From the NCBI GenBank assembly GCA_027451965.1, contig DAIDHJ010000001.1:162368-226367 (forward strand): a DNA stretch of 64,000 nt, read 5' to 3'. The stretch comes from Candidatus Adlerbacteria bacterium (GTDB taxonomy: Bacteria > Patescibacteriota > Minisyncoccia > Phycocordibacterales > SBAW01). A program made the translations under genes and the position numbers. The notes under the pieces were generated by a model, which saw nothing but the letters and a program-made list of their open reading frames with translations, was not told the DNA's origin and searched no databases. Positions within the stretch are counted from its first letter, which is position 1, and each line of letters opens with the position of its first letter. Positions 59,604-64,000 of this stretch are shown here, piece after piece.

Positions 59604-60128
59604 ATGCATACGTATACACGCGGCTTTACCATATTTTTTGCATCACTGGTTGCGGCGCTTGCGCTTGCGGTCGGTGTTGCTATTTATGATATTACCGTGC
59701 GCGAACTCGCACTTTCTGTGATAGAGACGCAATCGCAGGAGGCGATTTATGCAGCAGACAGCGGCACGGAATGTGCATTGTATTGGGATACAAAAGTCAG
59801 TACTTCTACGAATACTACCGGAAGCGCGTTCGCCACTTCCAGTACTGATACAGAAATCGCGAAATCAGGACAAGCACTCTGCAATGGACAGGATATTGTC
59901 GCAGGAAGTGCACCACTCAGTGTCCCATGGTCTATTGTTTCGAACGGTTCCGCAGCAACCACTACCTTCGAGATATCATTGGGGAAATACCAATCAAGTC
60001 CATGTGTATTGGTGACTGTGGCAAAATCCGGCAACCCTTCTGCTACTGCTATTAACGCCTACGGTCACAACACCTGCAACCCAAATGATCCAAATCAGCT
60101 AGAACGGCAACTGCAAGTGACGTATTAA
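59604..60128 (+). CDS. Pilin-like protein lacking Glu5 (PilX/GspK-position)
   Basis: MHTYTRGFTIFFASLVAALALAVGVAIY… There is no Glu at +5 after the Gly. Confidence 0.6.
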   Translation: MHTYTRGFTIFFASLVAALALAVGVAIYDITVRELALSVIETQSQEAIYAADSGTECALYWDTKVSTSTNTTGSAFATSSTDTEIAKSGQALCNGQDIVAGSAPLSVPWSIVSNGSAATTTFEISLGKYQSSPCVLVTVAKSGNPSATAINAYGHNTCNPNDPNQLERQLQVTY

Positions 60129-62174
<2,046 letters not shown>

Positions 62175-62196
62175 TATTCTGTAGTGCCGTATTTTC

Positions 62197-62511
62197 GTGT
62201 ACTATACCTCTATGATATCGAAAGAGGATGTGCGGGCTCTGGCAGATCTGGCACGGCTCGCACTTTCTGATGCGGAAATAGAACGCCTTCAGGAGGACAT
62301 ATCCAATATTCTCGACTATGTCGGGCAAGTAAACACTGTGCCAACCGACAGTACGCAGACAGCAGCACTATTGCACAATGTGATGCGTGACGATGTGCCG
62401 TATACTCCTTCGCATCCGCTTGCAGAAAAGCAAGACGCACTCATAGAAGCATTCCCGCAACACAAAGATCGGTATGCGGTTGTTCGCAGAATCATTCCCA
62501 AACATGAGTAA
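62197..62511 (+). CDS. gatC: Glutamyl/aspartyl-tRNA amidotransferase subunit C
   Basis: MISKEDVRALADLARLALSDAEIERLQEDISNILDYVGQVNTV. Likely start at 62212. Confidence 0.85.
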   Translation: MYYTSMISKEDVRALADLARLALSDAEIERLQEDISNILDYVGQVNTVPTDSTQTAALLHNVMRDDVPYTPSHPLAEKQDALIEAFPQHKDRYAVVRRIIPKHE

Positions 62512-63928
62512 CGATCCAGCAACACTCTCTATTGCGCAAGCAGCACAGGAACTTGAAAACGGATCCCTCTCTTCCGCCGCGCTTGTTGCTGCCTGTGCAG
62601 CCCGTATCACCAAGGAGAATGAAACACTAAACGCATTTCTTGAAGTATTTTCAGATATAGATATCCAGGCCCGGCATGCTGATGAACAACGTGCCCGCGG
62701 TGTATCGCATCCGCTCCTAGGAATTCCGCTTGCCATTAAAGACAATATTTTAATAGAGGGTAAACATGCTTCTTCTGCATCAAAAATATTGGAACCGTAT
62801 GTGGCCAGCTATGATGCGACGGTAATCGCAAAACTCAAAGCGGCTGGTGCTGTATTGATGGGACGTACGAACATGGATGAATTCGCCATGGGAAGTTCTA
62901 CTGAAAATTCCGCCTATGGAGCCACCAAAAACCCTCATGATCTCTCTCGCGTGGCAGGCGGTTCATCCGGCGGCTCCGCCGTTGCTGTAGCGGCAGATAT
63001 GGCGCTTGGGGCGTTGGGTAGTGATACCGGAGGATCGGTTCGTGAACCGGCAAGTTTTTGTGGCATCGTTGGATTAAAGCCAACCTATGGAGCGCTATCA
63101 CGCCATGGCCTCATGGCAATGGGCTCATCGCTTGATCAGATCGGTACGTTTACCAAAACGGTAGGAGATACTGAAATACTTTTCACAGCTCTAGCAGGAA
63201 TCGATCCGCTCGACAGCACCTCAGCAGATCTTGCTCGCTATCCAGAACCTCCTATCCGGAAAACTATCGGGGTGCCCCGACACCTGCTTCGGGAGGGTAT
63301 TGACGCGGATGTGCTTGCATCTTTTGAACACACACTCCAAGAGCTTACAGAACAAGGATACACTGTTGTCGATATTGAACTGCCCTCTGCCGGACTGGCA
63401 CTTGCGGTGTATTACATTCTCATGCCTGCAGAAGTATCTGCGAATCTTGCTCGGTTCGATGGAGTACGGTACGGCCTTTCCTTACAAGGAGATTCTCTTT
63501 TTGCTGATTATGCACGTACGCGCGCAGAAGGGTTTGGCCCGGAAGTTCGCCGGCGTATCATGCTGGGCACCTATGTGCTTTCGGCCGGTTATTACGATGC
63601 ATATTATCGTAAGGCCATACATGTCCGGGATATGATCTCTAGCGAATTAGCAAAAACGCTTGCTCATGTGGATGTGATTGCCACGCCGACCGTTCCTTCT
63701 CCGGCGTTTAAGATAGGGGAGAAGTCAGATCCTATCGCCATGTATCTCGCCGATATCTTTACCGTTACGGCAAATCTTACAGGAAATCCAGCGCTTTCCG
63801 TACCAATGGGTTCAGTTGCTCGAGACGGATCCTCGCTGCCGGTCGGCATACAGTTTACGGCCGTGCACGGAGGAGAACCTCTATTGTTTTCAATTGGTAA
63901 AGAAGTGGAGCGTATACGCATACAGTAA
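62504..63928 (+). CDS. gatA: Glutamyl/aspartyl-tRNA amidotransferase subunit A (amidase signature)
   Basis: GGSSGGSAVAVAADMALGALGSDTGGSVREPASFCGIVGLKPTYG. Its ATG overlaps the gatC stop (catgagtaa). Confidence 0.9.
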   Translation: MSNDPATLSIAQAAQELENGSLSSAALVAACAARITKENETLNAFLEVFSDIDIQARHADEQRARGVSHPLLGIPLAIKDNILIEGKHASSASKILEPYVASYDATVIAKLKAAGAVLMGRTNMDEFAMGSSTENSAYGATKNPHDLSRVAGGSSGGSAVAVAADMALGALGSDTGGSVREPASFCGIVGLKPTYGALSRHGLMAMGSSLDQIGTFTKTVGDTEILFTALAGIDPLDSTSADLARYPEPPIRKTIGVPRHLLREGIDADVLASFEHTLQELTEQGYTVVDIELPSAGLALAVYYILMPAEVSANLARFDGVRYGLSLQGDSLFADYARTRAEGFGPEVRRRIMLGTYVLSAGYYDAYYRKAIHVRDMISSELAKTLAHVDVIATPTVPSPAFKIGEKSDPIAMYLADIFTVTANLTGNPALSVPMGSVARDGSSLPVGIQFTAVHGGEPLLFSIGKEVERIRIQ

Positions 63929-64000
63929 ATTGTTTCAAGGTACAATACAGAAGTATGTACACGGTGCATTACCTCGATCTTGAGTACATTTTAGTTCGAC

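Noticed and set aside
63664-63969. 101-aa ORF on the minus strand.
   Set aside because: It is antisense within the well-supported gatA reading frame and has no motif.
63956-64000. Possible start of gatB (ATG MYTVHYLDLEYILVR).
   Set aside because: The peptide does not resemble GatB N-termini (…ETVIGLEVHV…) and the window ends. It cannot be called.

Overview
This is a 64 kb chromosomal window with about 50% GC, a compact gene arrangement and largely housekeeping content.

**Translation and RNA genes.** A str-type ribosomal cluster (rpsL-rpsG-[yvcK-like]-fusA ... tuf-rpsJ) is present but interrupted twice. An infC-rpmI-rplT operon and rpmB are present. A smpB-ssrA (tmRNA) pair and two tRNA genes (Ser-GCU, and an Ile-like tRNA with anticodon UAU) were found by eye.

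**Other housekeeping genes.** These include nusA and a partial ppa, tpiA-pgk, recJ, rnhA, sod, ndk, a beta-CASP RNase, ftsH, mscL, recG, a peroxiredoxin, radC and ligA-gatC-gatA. A P-type ATPase and two two-component systems, one of them a hybrid kinase, are also present.

**Type IV pilus genes.** The most distinctive content is a complete, co-directional type IV pilus operon at 49.1-60.1 kb: pilM-N-O-(P-like)-pilB-pilT-pilC, two pilins, pilD and four minor pilins, with no secretin. There is also a second, divergent two-pilin locus at about 33.7-35.0 kb and an orphan, motif-degenerate PilB/GspE-like ATPase at 1.5-3.2 kb.

**Surface-protein island.** A 5.5 kb island of five signal-peptide, Cys-rich or Gly-rich surface proteins sits between fusA and tuf.

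**Taxonomic inference.** No transposases, CRISPR arrays, prophage genes or biosynthetic clusters were recognised. The gene content suggests a reduced-genome, Patescibacteria/CPR-like bacterium (glycolysis fragments, many pilins, RadC, extended ribosomal proteins, no biosynthetic operons). This is inference only. All calls come from reading the translated ORFs and the DNA by eye; no database search was run.
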